Of a DNA stretch of 64,000 nucleotides, positions 10,015 through 20,530 are shown in pieces. The position numbers were made by a program, and so were the translations under genes. The DNA is from an uncultured Candidatus Saccharibacteria bacterium (lineage in GTDB: Bacteria; Patescibacteriota; Doudnabacteria; UBA920). Location of the stretch: the NCBI GenBank assembly GCA_964483665.1, contig CAZACP010000001.1:141896-205895 (forward strand). The letters are read 5' to 3'. The notes below the pieces were generated by a model. The model saw only the letters and a list, made by a program, of their open reading frames with translations. It was not told the DNA's origin and searched no databases. Position 1 is the stretch's first letter; every line of letters starts with the position of its first letter.

Positions 10015-10020
10015 ATAATT

Positions 10021-10305
<285 letters not shown>

Positions 10306-10324
10306 TTAATTATTAATAAATAAA

Positions 10325-11152
10325 TTAATGACCTTCTGCGTGGTGGATTTCGGTAGTAGCTATATTTAAATATACCAAAGTCAGCATAGAAAATACGGTT
10401 GCCTGAACGAGTCCGACTATAATTTCCAAGCCCATAAATGGCAACGGCAGAAAAATAGCAAGCATAGAGGCCAGTACGGTAAGCAAAACTTCGCCGGCAA
10501 AAATATTGCCGTAAAGCCTAAGGGACAAAGAAACCATTTTTGCTACCTCTGAAAACACTTCAATTAAACCAACAAAAAATTCAATTATCGCAACAAGTAT
10601 TTTTACCGGGTTAAATGAAATAATCGCTTTATATAAGTCTCCTAATTTTATAAATTTATTCGCGTATTTAAAAAACCCTATAGCTGCAATACCCAAAAAA
10701 TGTGAGCCCATAACTGCCACAACTGCCATTGAAAGAGTCATATTTAAGTCGGTGTTTGCCGGCCTAAACAGGGGTATTAATTCTACGCTGCCATGGTGCC
10801 AACCCCAAATTCCAATAGAACCTGTTCCCGGCATAAGTCCCATCCAATTAGAAACTACAATAAACAAAAAGAAAGTTCCGACTATAGGAAGAAATTTATA
10901 GCTTTTTTTTCTGTCCCCAGTTACTTGGTCAAAATATCCGAGCATAAATTCCAAAAGTCCTTCGGTAAAATTCAAAATCCCTTTCGGCGCTTTTAAACCC
11001 GAATAATATTTTTTTACGCCTTTTTGAACTAAAATAGCAAAGACTAAAAAGCCTAATAAAGCTAGGCTTGAGTTAATGTATGAGTTAGTAACTGGGAAGT
11101 TACCAATTTGGAACATTGTTTCCGCAGCTAGCGGAGGTAAGACTAAATTCAT
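10325..11152 (-). CDS. atpB: F0 ATP synthase subunit a
   Basis: Polytopic membrane protein with the conserved R-containing helix (LSLRLYGNIFAGE). Confidence 0.9.
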   Translation of the reverse strand: MNLVLPPLAAETMFQIGNFPVTNSYINSSLALLGFLVFAILVQKGVKKYYSGLKAPKGILNFTEGLLEFMLGYFDQVTGDRKKSYKFLPIVGTFFLFIVVSNWMGLMPGTGSIGIWGWHHGSVELIPLFRPANTDLNMTLSMAVVAVMGSHFLGIAAIGFFKYANKFIKLGDLYKAIISFNPVKILVAIIEFFVGLIEVFSEVAKMVSLSLRLYGNIFAGEVLLTVLASMLAIFLPLPFMGLEIIVGLVQATVFSMLTLVYLNIATTEIHHAEGH

Positions 11153-11496
11153 TTTTTATTGAGGTGTTCTTTTAAACGCTTAATTTGTTTATAGATTCCC
11201 ATTACGCTTATAGATATGGCAAGTGCAAGCCCGATTAGAATATAATGTTTGGTCCCGTATTTGGTATCAAGCCATTTGCCAATGTAGGAAAGTACTATTA
11301 GAGGAAGGGCAATAATAAGTCCAAAATCTGTGGCTATGCTAAACATAGACATAGCATTTATTACCTTTTTGCTTTTTGGGACCATTCTGGCAGCATCTTT
11401 GGCCTCTTTTAGCTCTTTTTGCTCTTTACGTACCTGCTCAAGGCTTATTCTGCCCGGAACCAAATATTCTTTTTCGTCAAATTTTTCATCAGCCAT
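11149..11496 (-). CDS. AtpZ/AtpI-like small membrane protein preceding atpB
   Basis: Two TM helices. The position immediately upstream of and overlapping atpB is typical of atpI/atpZ. Confidence 0.55.
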   Translation of the reverse strand: MADEKFDEKEYLVPGRISLEQVRKEQKELKEAKDAARMVPKSKKVINAMSMFSIATDFGLIIALPLIVLSYIGKWLDTKYGTKHYILIGLALAISISVMGIYKQIKRLKEHLNKK

Positions 11497-11611
11497 AAAT
11501 TTTGTTTAAAAAACATCTTAAATATAGCGGATTTTTACGATTTGTGTCAATCCTATAGGGTCTTGACATATTACTAAATAGTGTGTATAAAACGCTATTT
11601 TAGTCGGTTTG

Positions 11612-14302
11612 TTATTCAACTTTATTGAAATTAAGTATTTTTTTTGCTGCTTCTAAAACCGGCACAATTGTGAGGGAAAGTATTATTATTGCTAACCAGT
11701 ATTCCGGCTTTAATTTTGTGGTAAAAAATACTTTTTGGAAAAAATCAAGGGAACTGATTGCCCACAATAAGGGAATTTGTCCGATTACCGCCCAATTTAG
11801 CCAAACATTGTTAAACATATTGGAATAAAAAGGCAATCGATCGCTTTTTAAGGAGAAAGCCTTAAAAAGTTGAATAATAATTAATGATAGGAAAGTTGCA
11901 GTGCTGGCTAAGCGCAAATTATTTGTTGTTGTCCAAAAACCGAAAAAAACCAAAAAATTTAGCAATGTGGTCCAAATAGCGGCAACTAAAATTAACGAAG
12001 TGGTTCTTTTGGTGAAAACTCCGGATTTAAGATCCCTAGGCTCTCTAAACATGTTGTCAGGACTGCCTTTTTCAGCCGCCAAAGCAAGAGCCGGAGGGCC
12101 GTCGGAAGCTAAGTTTACATACAAAATTTGCACTGCGGTTAAAGGCAGGGGCCATCCAAAAGCCACTGCCCCCGCAATAAGAAAAACTTCTCCTACGTGA
12201 GCCGACAATAAGTATATTAAATATTTTTTAATATTTTCAAAAATTATTCTACCTTCTTCGACTGCGGCGACAATTGAAGCGAAATTGTCGTCAAGCAAAG
12301 TCATAGCCGCGGCTTCTTTAGAAACATCGGTACCTTTTATTCCCATTGCCACGCCTACATTTGCTCTTTTTAATGCCGGGGCGTCGTTAACACCATCACC
12401 TGTCATGGCCACTACCTGGCCTTGGTTTTGCAGCTCCTCAACTATTCTTAGTTTATGCTCGGGCGAAACCCGGGCATAAACATTTACCTGGCCAACTGCT
12501 TCTGAAAATTCTTTTTCCCCCAGTGACTCAATTTCTAATCCTGAAAGAACTTTTTCTCCCGCCTGAATAATCCCGACTTCTGCCGCAATAGCCGCAGCTG
12601 TTGCCGGATGGTCGCCGGTTATCATAATTGTTCTAATGCCGGCATTTTGACAGACATTAACGGCCGCTTTGGCTTCTTCCCTGAGCGAGTCAGCCATTGC
12701 GACTAACCCCAAAAAAACTAATTCTTTTGGCGAATTTTTTAAGTTAGCCAGAGTATGATTTTTAGCAAGCGCAATTACCCGCTGACCTAGGCGGGCATAA
12801 CTTTCTGCAAGATCCATAAAATATTTTTTATGGTTTTCAGTAAGCTTTTCATGCTTTGCAGACTCAAAAACTAAGTTTGATAAGCCCATAATAACTTCTA
12901 TAGCGCCCTTGGCATAAACTACTGTACCACCTGAGTTTTTATGCAAAGTTGCCATATATTTTGCCTCCGAAGAAAACGGTATCTCTTCCAGCCTCGGCAG
13001 TTTGTCCTCTAGGGCTTCTTTTGAAAGTCCGGATTTAAGACCTGCTACCAGCAAAGCGCCTTCGGTTGCATCACCTTGAACTCTCCACTGCCCTTCTGTT
13101 TCCACCAGTATGGCATCTGAGCATAAAATTCCTGCGCTTAATAATTCACGCAAATCCTCAGGAGTATTTTTTAAAGTTTGTTTATCAAAAAAAACTTCGC
13201 CTTTTGGCTCATAACCACTACCTTCAAACTTATACTTTCCTGCCAGAGTAACCGCAGACTTAACTGTCATTTCGTCCTTAGTTAATGTTCCGGTTTTGTC
13301 CGTGCAAATTACAGTTGTGCTGCCCAAAGTTTCAACTACAGGCATATTTCTAACCAAAGCATTTCGTTTAGCCATTTTTGTAGCGCCTAAGGCTAGCGAG
13401 ACTGTGACTACTGCCGGCAAAGCTTCTGGTACAACCGCAACTGCGAGTGAAACGCCGAATAAAAGCATTTCGACCAAGGATTCCTGCCTAATAATCCCCA
13501 ATGCGACAATTAAAGCCACTACCACTAAAGCCACAGCGCCTAGCTTTTTAGCCAAGGAATCCAAGTTTATTTTTAGAGGAGTCTCCTGCTGCTTGACCTC
13601 TGAAAGCAGGCCTGCAATTTTACCCAGTTCTGTAGACATACCGGTTGCCACAACTAAACCCAACCCGCGTCCATAGGTGGCGGAAGTGCCGGTATAGGCC
13701 ATGTTTAAGCGGTCGCCCAGCGCAGTTTTTTCCGCCAATACTTTTTCGGTTTCTTTTTGTGAGGGTAAAGATTCTCCGGTTAAAGCTCCTTCCTCAATTT
13801 GCAGGTTTACGCTTTCTAAAAGTCTGACATCGGCGCTAATTTTGTTTCCGGCGGAAATTACTAAAATATCCCCGGGCACCATTTCTGAAGAAAAAATTTC
13901 AACAGTTTTGCCGTCACGAACAACCAGGCTTTTTGGTAAAGCCAGATCCTGCAACGCTTCTAAAGATTTTTCAGCCCTATATTCCTGGACAAAACCTAAG
14001 ACAGCGGAAAAAATAACAATCACAAAAACCGCGAAGCTTTCTATATAATGCCCCAAAAAGGCCGACAGAAACGCGGCTAAAATTAAAATAATAACTAAAA
14101 TGTTTTTAAACTGCGCGAAAAAAATTTTTAAAGTAGAAATTTTTTCCTTTACAGTCAGTTTGTTTTCTCCAAAGCGCGCAAGCCTGTTAGCGGCTTCGTT
14201 TGGAGAGAGTCCTAACGAAGTGGTTTCTAAAAGCTTTAACGCTTCCGTTTTTGTTAAAGCATGCCATAAGTTTTCTAATTGTTTGGAGTTTGAATCCGGC
14301 AT
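11612..14302 (-). CDS. cation-transporting P-type ATPase (type II, Ca2+/Mg2+-like), 896 aa
   Basis: DKTGTLT phosphorylation motif, TGDGVNDAPALKRANVGVAMG hinge motif, 10-TM architecture. Confidence 0.9.
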   Translation of the reverse strand: MPDSNSKQLENLWHALTKTEALKLLETTSLGLSPNEAANRLARFGENKLTVKEKISTLKIFFAQFKNILVIILILAAFLSAFLGHYIESFAVFVIVIFSAVLGFVQEYRAEKSLEALQDLALPKSLVVRDGKTVEIFSSEMVPGDILVISAGNKISADVRLLESVNLQIEEGALTGESLPSQKETEKVLAEKTALGDRLNMAYTGTSATYGRGLGLVVATGMSTELGKIAGLLSEVKQQETPLKINLDSLAKKLGAVALVVVALIVALGIIRQESLVEMLLFGVSLAVAVVPEALPAVVTVSLALGATKMAKRNALVRNMPVVETLGSTTVICTDKTGTLTKDEMTVKSAVTLAGKYKFEGSGYEPKGEVFFDKQTLKNTPEDLRELLSAGILCSDAILVETEGQWRVQGDATEGALLVAGLKSGLSKEALEDKLPRLEEIPFSSEAKYMATLHKNSGGTVVYAKGAIEVIMGLSNLVFESAKHEKLTENHKKYFMDLAESYARLGQRVIALAKNHTLANLKNSPKELVFLGLVAMADSLREEAKAAVNVCQNAGIRTIMITGDHPATAAAIAAEVGIIQAGEKVLSGLEIESLGEKEFSEAVGQVNVYARVSPEHKLRIVEELQNQGQVVAMTGDGVNDAPALKRANVGVAMGIKGTDVSKEAAAMTLLDDNFASIVAAVEEGRIIFENIKKYLIYLLSAHVGEVFLIAGAVAFGWPLPLTAVQILYVNLASDGPPALALAAEKGSPDNMFREPRDLKSGVFTKRTTSLILVAAIWTTLLNFLVFFGFWTTTNNLRLASTATFLSLIIIQLFKAFSLKSDRLPFYSNMFNNVWLNWAVIGQIPLLWAISSLDFFQKVFFTTKLKPEYWLAIIILSLTIVPVLEAAKKILNFNKVE

Positions 14303-14472
14303 TTGGAGAGGTTGTAATATTTTTATTTGAGCTTCTAAATCTATAAATCGTATTTTAATCGAGCTGCCTGTTTATTGCCCGGAGCCGAAGAATGACTTAA
14401 ACCCTTATAGCTTGCGATTTACCCGCCCGACTTGGCAATGACCTATGTATTTCAACTTTTTTCAGTCTCTAG

Positions 14473-14548
14473 TGGAGCCGGCTGCCAGACTTGAACTGGC
14501 CACCTGCGGTTTACGATACCGCTGCTCTACCAGATGAGCTAAGCCGGC
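14473..14548 (-). tRNA. tRNA-Thr (anticodon CGU)
   Basis: GCCGGCTTAGCTCATCTGGTAGAGCAGCGGTATCGTAAACCGC... T-loop GGTTCAAGTCT, encoded CCA. Confidence 0.9.
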
Positions 14549-14582
14549 ATCACTAAGTACCGATTTTGTTTGTCTAGGTTGT

Positions 14583-15398
14583 TTATAATGTGATTGAATT
14601 TAGAACAAGTTTTTTGCCAAACAGCCTTTTTGCGACTGCTTCAAAATTTTTATTGAGTTTTGTGACATAAAAATCGCGGCTCGAATTTTTTGCTAGCGCC
14701 CTTTCCATTTCTGAATGTTTTTGTAAGTAGCTGGTAAGTTTGTCCGGGATTATTTCATCTTGAGAAATTACATCTACACCTCTGCCAATTACTTCCCTAA
14801 TCTCTTTTTTTAACAAAGGGTAATGGGTACAACCCAAAATTAGCGCATCAATATTTTTATCTTGAAGCGTTTTCAAATATAATTTTAGAGTTTTTGCTGC
14901 GTTTTGTAAAGAATTTTTTTCTATTAAAGGCACGAGTTTGGGGGTTGCAAGCTCAAAAATTTTTGCTTTTTTGTCGATTTTCGAAAGTTCTTTTTTATAA
15001 ATATGCGAATTTATAGTAGCTGATGTTCCGATAACCCCAATTTTTTTACGTCGATGCTTATTATAGGCAACCTCTAGTGTGGGCACTACTACTCCTAAAA
15101 TCCGCCTGTTCGGATAATTTTTAGGTAAGTATTTTTGCTGCAGCCTTCTTAATGCCAAAGCTGAAGATGTATTGCAAGCGACTATTACTAATTGGCAATT
15201 TTGTTTAAACATAAAATCTACCGCATTTTTTGTATAGCGGTAAATTTGGGTAGGTGTTTTTTCGCCGTAAGGCAAATTTTTTGTGTCACCTAAGTATATA
15301 TAGTCGTATTTTGGCAGACGTTTCAATATAGATTTCGCGATTACCAAGCCGCCTAAGCCTGAGTCAAAAATTCCTATTTTCATTGTATAAGTATACAA
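14583..15398 (-). CDS. murI: glutamate racemase
   Basis: MKIGIFDSGLGG N-terminus and conserved Cys-containing motifs (VVACNTSSA; LGCTHYP). Confidence 0.9.
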   Translation of the reverse strand: MYTYTMKIGIFDSGLGGLVIAKSILKRLPKYDYIYLGDTKNLPYGEKTPTQIYRYTKNAVDFMFKQNCQLVIVACNTSSALALRRLQQKYLPKNYPNRRILGVVVPTLEVAYNKHRRKKIGVIGTSATINSHIYKKELSKIDKKAKIFELATPKLVPLIEKNSLQNAAKTLKLYLKTLQDKNIDALILGCTHYPLLKKEIREVIGRGVDVISQDEIIPDKLTSYLQKHSEMERALAKNSSRDFYVTKLNKNFEAVAKRLFGKKLVLNSITL

Positions 15399-15436
15399 AA
15401 ATCCCGCCTGTTTGAACAGGCGGGCCGCATTTAAGC

Positions 15437-17545
15437 CTATTGAATGCCTGCCGGTGTAAGCAAATGTTTGCCGGAATTATATCCCCCGGTATTTTCCCCT
15501 AGACAAAAGGTTAGCTGATAGTGCAAACTGTCCTGTCGTTTATAGCTGTATTCATTGTCTGAGTTTTGACATGTACCGTCTGCGGGTAAAGGAGCGGTTG
15601 GTATTAAACCAATGTAAGTTGGAGTTATGTCACTTAAGTTTTTTGGATATTCGCTACTGTCGTTAAAATAAAGTTCAAGCGCCGAAGCTATTTGCCTAAC
15701 GTCTGCAAGTCTTTTTGCGTCGCGAGACTGTGACCTGGCTGAGTTTAATATCGAAATCATATCCAAAAATTCTTTGGGCTCTTCTATGGCCAAGATTTTT
15801 CCATACTCACTGTATTTTGAAGTAATACTAATTTCAGCGCCGAAATCAATTTTCGAAATTACTTCGTCTATAGCTATTTTTCCTGCTTCAAGCTTGCTTG
15901 GGGCCGGTGTGTTTGAAGCTTTACAAAGTTCAGATCCCCCGTTACAAGGAAGGCCGGATTCAATACCATTTTGCGTAAGTTTGCCTATTCCAGGTTTGTA
16001 GCCTCCGGTGCTTTGTCCAAAACAGAAAGTGTATTCAAAGCCTGAATAAATTGTCTTGCCTTCAACAACTTTTTTTTGACCTTTTGGCGTATACCAGTAA
16101 GTATTGTAGTACTCGCTGCACTGACCTTCTGCTTTGGGCGCCTCTGGTATTTGAGTTATATAAGTCGGAGTTAACTCTAAAGGTTTTCCATCTTTTGCTT
16201 CTGGGTAACCTTCCATGTCGTTCTTATATAACTGAAGCGCGGTAGCTATTTGTCTCATATCTGAAAGTCTTTTCTGGTCCCCGGACAAATTTGCTGAGGA
16301 AAAACTTTTGCTGCTAATGGCATTTAAAAGGGATATAAACGAGGGGGCGTTCGTCCAAACTTTTACTTGGTAAAGTTCAAAGTCCTTTTTTCCTATCCAG
16401 ACTTCAAACTGTTTTATTTCTAACTTGTCAATTAAAGCCGATATCGCGTAGGTTGCTAATTCTAGGTTTTCTTTGTCGTTGGAAGCGGTTACAGAAGCCT
16501 CGCCTGAAACAAATTGGTTGCCAAATTTGTTTAAGTAAGCCGTTAAGACTTTTTTTAATTCGGATTTGTCAACTTGGGCTTCAAAATGCTGAGTCATTAC
16601 TTCACCCAGTTTTTCGTTTCCTAAATTTTTTTTCATTTTGACAATTTTTGCCTCTTTCCATATGTTTTCCAGAGCGCTTTTAAACTCAGGGTCAGTAAGG
16701 GCCTTAAGCTGCGCTGCATTTTCGGCTTCGGCCGTGGTTTTGTCTTCGGCTATTAGCTTTTTTATTTCGTTTAAATCAAGCTTGAGCCATTCTTGCTTTT
16801 TGGTTTGCCCGCTTTGCGTCATTAAACCCTGCGAAAACATTTCTAAAAATGGATTACTCCCGACATTTAAATAAAGAACCTGGTTTTTGAGTTTATATTT
16901 AAAACCAGTGGAGAAACTTGTTCCGCTGCTTCCAAAGGTATAGTTTACATCGGCCGTTGATTCGGGGCTTTTTGGGTCAGCTGAGTTAATGTAATAATTC
17001 CCATTAAATTCAAGCTTTAAATTTTTAAGGCTAGCCTGAAATGAAGATTTTTCTTGTTGTTTTGGTTCCGTATTATCTGTGTAGCTAAATGTAAAATCTG
17101 TTCGCATTATGTCCGGCTTTTTAACTTGGGTAAATTTGTTCCAAATTTGAGACGGGGTATAAAAGCCGTAGGTATAAACATAAAAAGCCGCTCCTCCCAG
17201 GAGCAGTAAAACTATAAAAATAAACAGCCATAGGCCAAGGTGCGACTTTTTTACTGGCTGAACCTGTCCTTGTTCAACAAAATTTTGCGTTGTTGGTGTT
17301 TGGGCTTTAGCCTCGTTTCTGCTTTGCATTAAAGGGGAAAGTAAGGAGCTTTCGGTTTCCACCGCAGTTTTTTGCATGTGAAGACTGGCTACAAAATGCG
17401 CAAAAGTATTTTCAATATCCTCTGCCTCCCAGCCGGCGTTAAGCAGGTTCTGTTTAATTTCTGAATCAGCCAGCCCGTGTTCTTTAGCTGATTTAACATA
17501 GTCAAGCAGTTCGCTGTTTACGCCAAATAAATTGTTGTTGCCCAT
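15437..17545 (-). CDS. membrane-anchored protein (702 aa) with two tandem type-IV-pilin-like globular domains
   Basis: Cytoplasmic N-terminal domain, one TM helix (~aa 105-125). Then two repeats of the pilin post-helix signature (DQKRLSDMRQIATALQLYKND...YP and SRDAKRLADVRQIASALELYFND...YP). Confidence 0.6.
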   Translation of the reverse strand: MGNNNLFGVNSELLDYVKSAKEHGLADSEIKQNLLNAGWEAEDIENTFAHFVASLHMQKTAVETESSLLSPLMQSRNEAKAQTPTTQNFVEQGQVQPVKKSHLGLWLFIFIVLLLLGGAAFYVYTYGFYTPSQIWNKFTQVKKPDIMRTDFTFSYTDNTEPKQQEKSSFQASLKNLKLEFNGNYYINSADPKSPESTADVNYTFGSSGTSFSTGFKYKLKNQVLYLNVGSNPFLEMFSQGLMTQSGQTKKQEWLKLDLNEIKKLIAEDKTTAEAENAAQLKALTDPEFKSALENIWKEAKIVKMKKNLGNEKLGEVMTQHFEAQVDKSELKKVLTAYLNKFGNQFVSGEASVTASNDKENLELATYAISALIDKLEIKQFEVWIGKKDFELYQVKVWTNAPSFISLLNAISSKSFSSANLSGDQKRLSDMRQIATALQLYKNDMEGYPEAKDGKPLELTPTYITQIPEAPKAEGQCSEYYNTYWYTPKGQKKVVEGKTIYSGFEYTFCFGQSTGGYKPGIGKLTQNGIESGLPCNGGSELCKASNTPAPSKLEAGKIAIDEVISKIDFGAEISITSKYSEYGKILAIEEPKEFLDMISILNSARSQSRDAKRLADVRQIASALELYFNDSSEYPKNLSDITPTYIGLIPTAPLPADGTCQNSDNEYSYKRQDSLHYQLTFCLGENTGGYNSGKHLLTPAGIQ

Positions 17546-17555
17546 ATTTTTGAGC

Positions 17556-18305
17556 TTAAGGTTTAATAAATACTTTTATTTTTATTTCTGCTGCCGATGC
17601 TTTTAGCCATGCTTCAAAACTGGAATTTTGAAGGTAGATTTGTCTGACAGTATTGTTTTCCGGGTCCCTTAATATTATATGCAAACCGAGACTGCTTGGA
17701 ATTATGTCTGGTTGGCTGTTTGATATTTTTGAAATTTTTTCTTCTACTTCCGGTATAAATATGTTTTCTTCATTGCGCCCTGTTAACCCCCCAAAAGATT
17801 TAGAATATAAGTCCTGGCTGTAGGTTTTTGCCAAGCTCTCAAAACTTTCTCCTTGTTTTAGCCTTGAAACTATATTGTTGGCTAACTCATAGTTTTTTGA
17901 ATTTAGACTTTGATTTGAATTGTAGTAAAAAGCCAAGCCTTTTTTTATTCCGTCGTATTTTTCTAAAAGATTTGTTGGCTGCTTGTTTCCGTAAATAGGT
18001 TTTATGTTCAGCTCGTCTTGCAAAGCCGCGTACTGTTCGTTAAGTAAAAGCGCTGAGTAAATTTGTCCGTCTGAAAGGGTTTTTTGGTCTCCCAACAGAT
18101 GTTTTATATCAAAAAAAGTATGTGCAAAAACCGGTCTTCCTCCAACTGTTGCTATAGGTAACGGTAAAAAGTTTAAGATTTTTAACTTTGTGCCGCTTAA
18201 GCCTGGTTTGTATAGCCAAATAGAACCTAAGAGTAAAGCTCCTAAAAATACAGTCAACAGCAAGGCAGTTAGCTTAATGTTTTTTTTCTTTTTTACCATA
18301 ATCAA
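17556..18305 (-). CDS. PpiC/parvulin-type peptidyl-prolyl isomerase, membrane anchored (PrsA/SurA-like)
   Basis: N-terminal signal anchor. Parvulin motif LKQGESFESLAKTYSQD...FGGLTG. Confidence 0.65.
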   Translation of the reverse strand: MIMVKKKKNIKLTALLLTVFLGALLLGSIWLYKPGLSGTKLKILNFLPLPIATVGGRPVFAHTFFDIKHLLGDQKTLSDGQIYSALLLNEQYAALQDELNIKPIYGNKQPTNLLEKYDGIKKGLAFYYNSNQSLNSKNYELANNIVSRLKQGESFESLAKTYSQDLYSKSFGGLTGRNEENIFIPEVEEKISKISNSQPDIIPSSLGLHIILRDPENNTVRQIYLQNSSFEAWLKASAAEIKIKVFIKP

Positions 18306-18679
18306 TTGCTTCTGCCCGAAAAGTATTTAATCCATTTTTCTGGGTTTGAAAGAGTTGTTTTTAATTCTTGTGCGTCGCCTGCTCCCATATTTTGATTAGA
18401 TGTCTTAAAACTAAAGACTTGCTCGTCAGGCTGCTTTAAATTTAACTGCTCCCTCGCAACTCTTTGCTTAAAGCTTTCAGACTTAAAATATTCCAAAGAA
18501 GTCGAAATTTCTTGGTTTTTCTTGTTTAAATTCTCTATTTGCGCAAGAATTTTTTTCTTTTCCGCTTCAATTTGCCGGTTTTGTTTAATCTGATAATATT
18601 TTTGCCTGCCCAAAAACAACGCTAAAATTAGCAAAAATAAAAATGTTATTTTGGACGAAAAAACTTTTTTTGATTTCAC
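18302..18679 (-). CDS. septum formation initiator (FtsB/DivIC/FtsL-like)
   Basis: Single N-terminal TM followed by a coiled coil (QIEAEKKKILAQIENLNKKNQEI) and an RVAREQLNL motif typical of DivIC/FtsB. Confidence 0.55.
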   Translation of the reverse strand: MKSKKVFSSKITFLFLLILALFLGRQKYYQIKQNRQIEAEKKKILAQIENLNKKNQEISTSLEYFKSESFKQRVAREQLNLKQPDEQVFSFKTSNQNMGAGDAQELKTTLSNPEKWIKYFSGRSN

Positions 18680-18733
18680 TTTGTAGCATTGTTATTTAAT
18701 TTATTTTAACATAAATCAGTAATTGAGGCAAAA

Positions 18734-19204
18734 TCAGCTCGCTTTAATTAAAGTAATAGTGTCGTCTTTAATGACCGAGGGTTGGGGCAAATGTTTTAAG
18801 ACAACCGGATTAGAAATACTCTGTTGTTGCACAACAACGTTTCCGTAATCAAACAGTGCTGCAAATAAGCCTTTTTTTTCATAGGCAATGTTTACAATTT
18901 TGTCTTTGGGTAGGTCGGTAACTATTTTGTGCAAAAGGTTATGGTATTGAATAATAATTAACCGGTTGTTAGTTACTAAGGTGTAATTCATTTTCCAGAG
19001 CAAAACCTGGTTTATAAAGTAAATTGCGGTAAAAAAAATCCAAAATTCCGGAATTTTCCCAAATGTTTCTTTTAACTCGTATTTAGTTAAAAAAGTAACC
19101 GGGACATAAGCCGCTAAAGAGCAAGCTAAAAGATACCCGACCAAAATTGCTTTGGTCTGCCTATACTTGCGCAGGATTTTTTCGCCTGGTGTTAGTTTCA
19201 TTTT
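18734..19204 (-). CDS. membrane protein, bacterial PH-domain (YdbS/YdbT-like) candidate
   Basis: Two TM helices then a ~90 aa domain. Start moved to the internal Met (MKLTPGEK) to avoid overlap with the upstream gene. Confidence 0.45.
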   Translation of the reverse strand, partial: KMKLTPGEKILRKYRQTKAILVGYLLACSLAAYVPVTFLTKYELKETFGKIPEFWIFFTAIYFINQVLLWKMNYTLVTNNRLIIIQYHNLLHKIVTDLPKDKIVNIAYEKKGLFAALFDYGNVVVQQQSISNPVVLKHLPQPSVIKDDTITLIKAS

Positions 19205-19317
19205 GGTATTACGCTCTGACCTAAAGTTAGTATTACCATGCTCAGAATCATAAGTATTGCTATAAGATACATGATTCTGTTGAGCAGTTTTCGATTTTGG
19301 AAGATATTTTTCATATA

Positions 19318-20040
19318 TTATTTGCAGGAAAGCGCGGCTTTGCATTGAGTTTGTTCTTCGCCGCTTAGGCTGTTACACGCTGCGCATTGCATAGCTTTAA
19401 CGTCTACGGAGCCGCTTGCGCCGCCCTGGACGCCCGTGCCGCCCGATGCGGGAGCAGTTTGTACGCTTTTCATCATTTCTGAATAATCGGTGAATTTGAT
19501 GTTTGTTGGGACGCTAAAACTTGAACTGTCTTCGGTCCAGCTTGTGCAATTATAATCTCGTTTAGTTTCCAAATCAATTGTTTGATTTTTCGGCTGATTG
19601 GCGCTTTGGGTGTTTTGCTCTAAAGCATCAAGCGAAATTTTAAAAGCCATTTCACTTGAGCCTTCGGTCCATACATACTGAGTTTTTCCGTCATTAATCA
19701 TATGGGTAATTTCTGTTTTGCCATTAACTTGGCTTTTAAAATCACCCCGCATTTTGCCCCCGGAAATATAAACCGTGCCTTGAGTTTGAGTATTTTGGCT
19801 GTCTAAGCCAACTTCGCATTTTTGAGTTTTTCCCATCATTAACTCTTTTAGCGACATTGGGGAATTTTCGGCAGCGGCGGTTTGTTTATTTTGGGTGCTA
19901 GACTTTAATTCTGTTTTGTTAGAACTTTTCAAAAAATACCAACCTGCTAAAAGCAAAACAATAACCGCTATAATTATTAAGCCTAGCTTATTGCCCTTTT
20001 TTTCTTCTTGGCCGCTTTGCGGCTCTTGATTTGTTTCCAT
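19318..20040 (-). CDS. hypothetical secreted/anchored protein with a Cys-rich C-terminus
   Basis: N-terminal TM/signal anchor. C-terminal MQCAACNSLSGEEQTQCKAALSCK. Confidence 0.5.
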   Translation of the reverse strand: METNQEPQSGQEEKKGNKLGLIIIAVIVLLLAGWYFLKSSNKTELKSSTQNKQTAAAENSPMSLKELMMGKTQKCEVGLDSQNTQTQGTVYISGGKMRGDFKSQVNGKTEITHMINDGKTQYVWTEGSSEMAFKISLDALEQNTQSANQPKNQTIDLETKRDYNCTSWTEDSSSFSVPTNIKFTDYSEMMKSVQTAPASGGTGVQGGASGSVDVKAMQCAACNSLSGEEQTQCKAALSCK

Positions 20041-20049
20041 AAATATTTA

Positions 20050-20517
20050 TTAATGCTTTAAATTATTTTTTAAGATCTCTTTCTCCACTTGTTTTAATCT
20101 GGCTGCTATTTCATCTAGTTCTTTTTTGGCCTCGGAAAGTTCTCTTTGCTCGTTTTTCAACTCTATTTCTGTTTTTTCCGCCATTTTTTTGTCTCCCTTA
20201 AGTCCTGATAATATAATTTCGTTGCCAATAAAATTGGAAACGAAAACGCCTATAAGCAGAAGTATAACAGTACCTAAAAGCAACGAGAGCGGGCCGTCCC
20301 ACCACAGTTCATTGCTTAGGTCTATCCCCCCTTCCGTCGACTGCCAGGAAGTGATTTTAAGTATTATAAAATCTGCAGTATGCCAAACTCCGCGCCAGAA
20401 TAAAACTACTCCCACTCCTCCAATTAGCGCGTAAATAATAGGGTAGTGACTAAAGTAAGCGCGTATTCGGTCTTCTAGTTTATCACCGATGTTATATAAT
20501 TTTTTAAATAAATTCAT
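20050..20517 (-). CDS. hypothetical membrane protein with a C-terminal coiled coil
   Basis: Two predicted TM helices and a charged heptad-like tail. Confidence 0.5.
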   Translation of the reverse strand: MNLFKKLYNIGDKLEDRIRAYFSHYPIIYALIGGVGVVLFWRGVWHTADFIILKITSWQSTEGGIDLSNELWWDGPLSLLLGTVILLLIGVFVSNFIGNEIILSGLKGDKKMAEKTEIELKNEQRELSEAKKELDEIAARLKQVEKEILKNNLKH

Positions 20518-20530
20518 TAGAAATATTATA

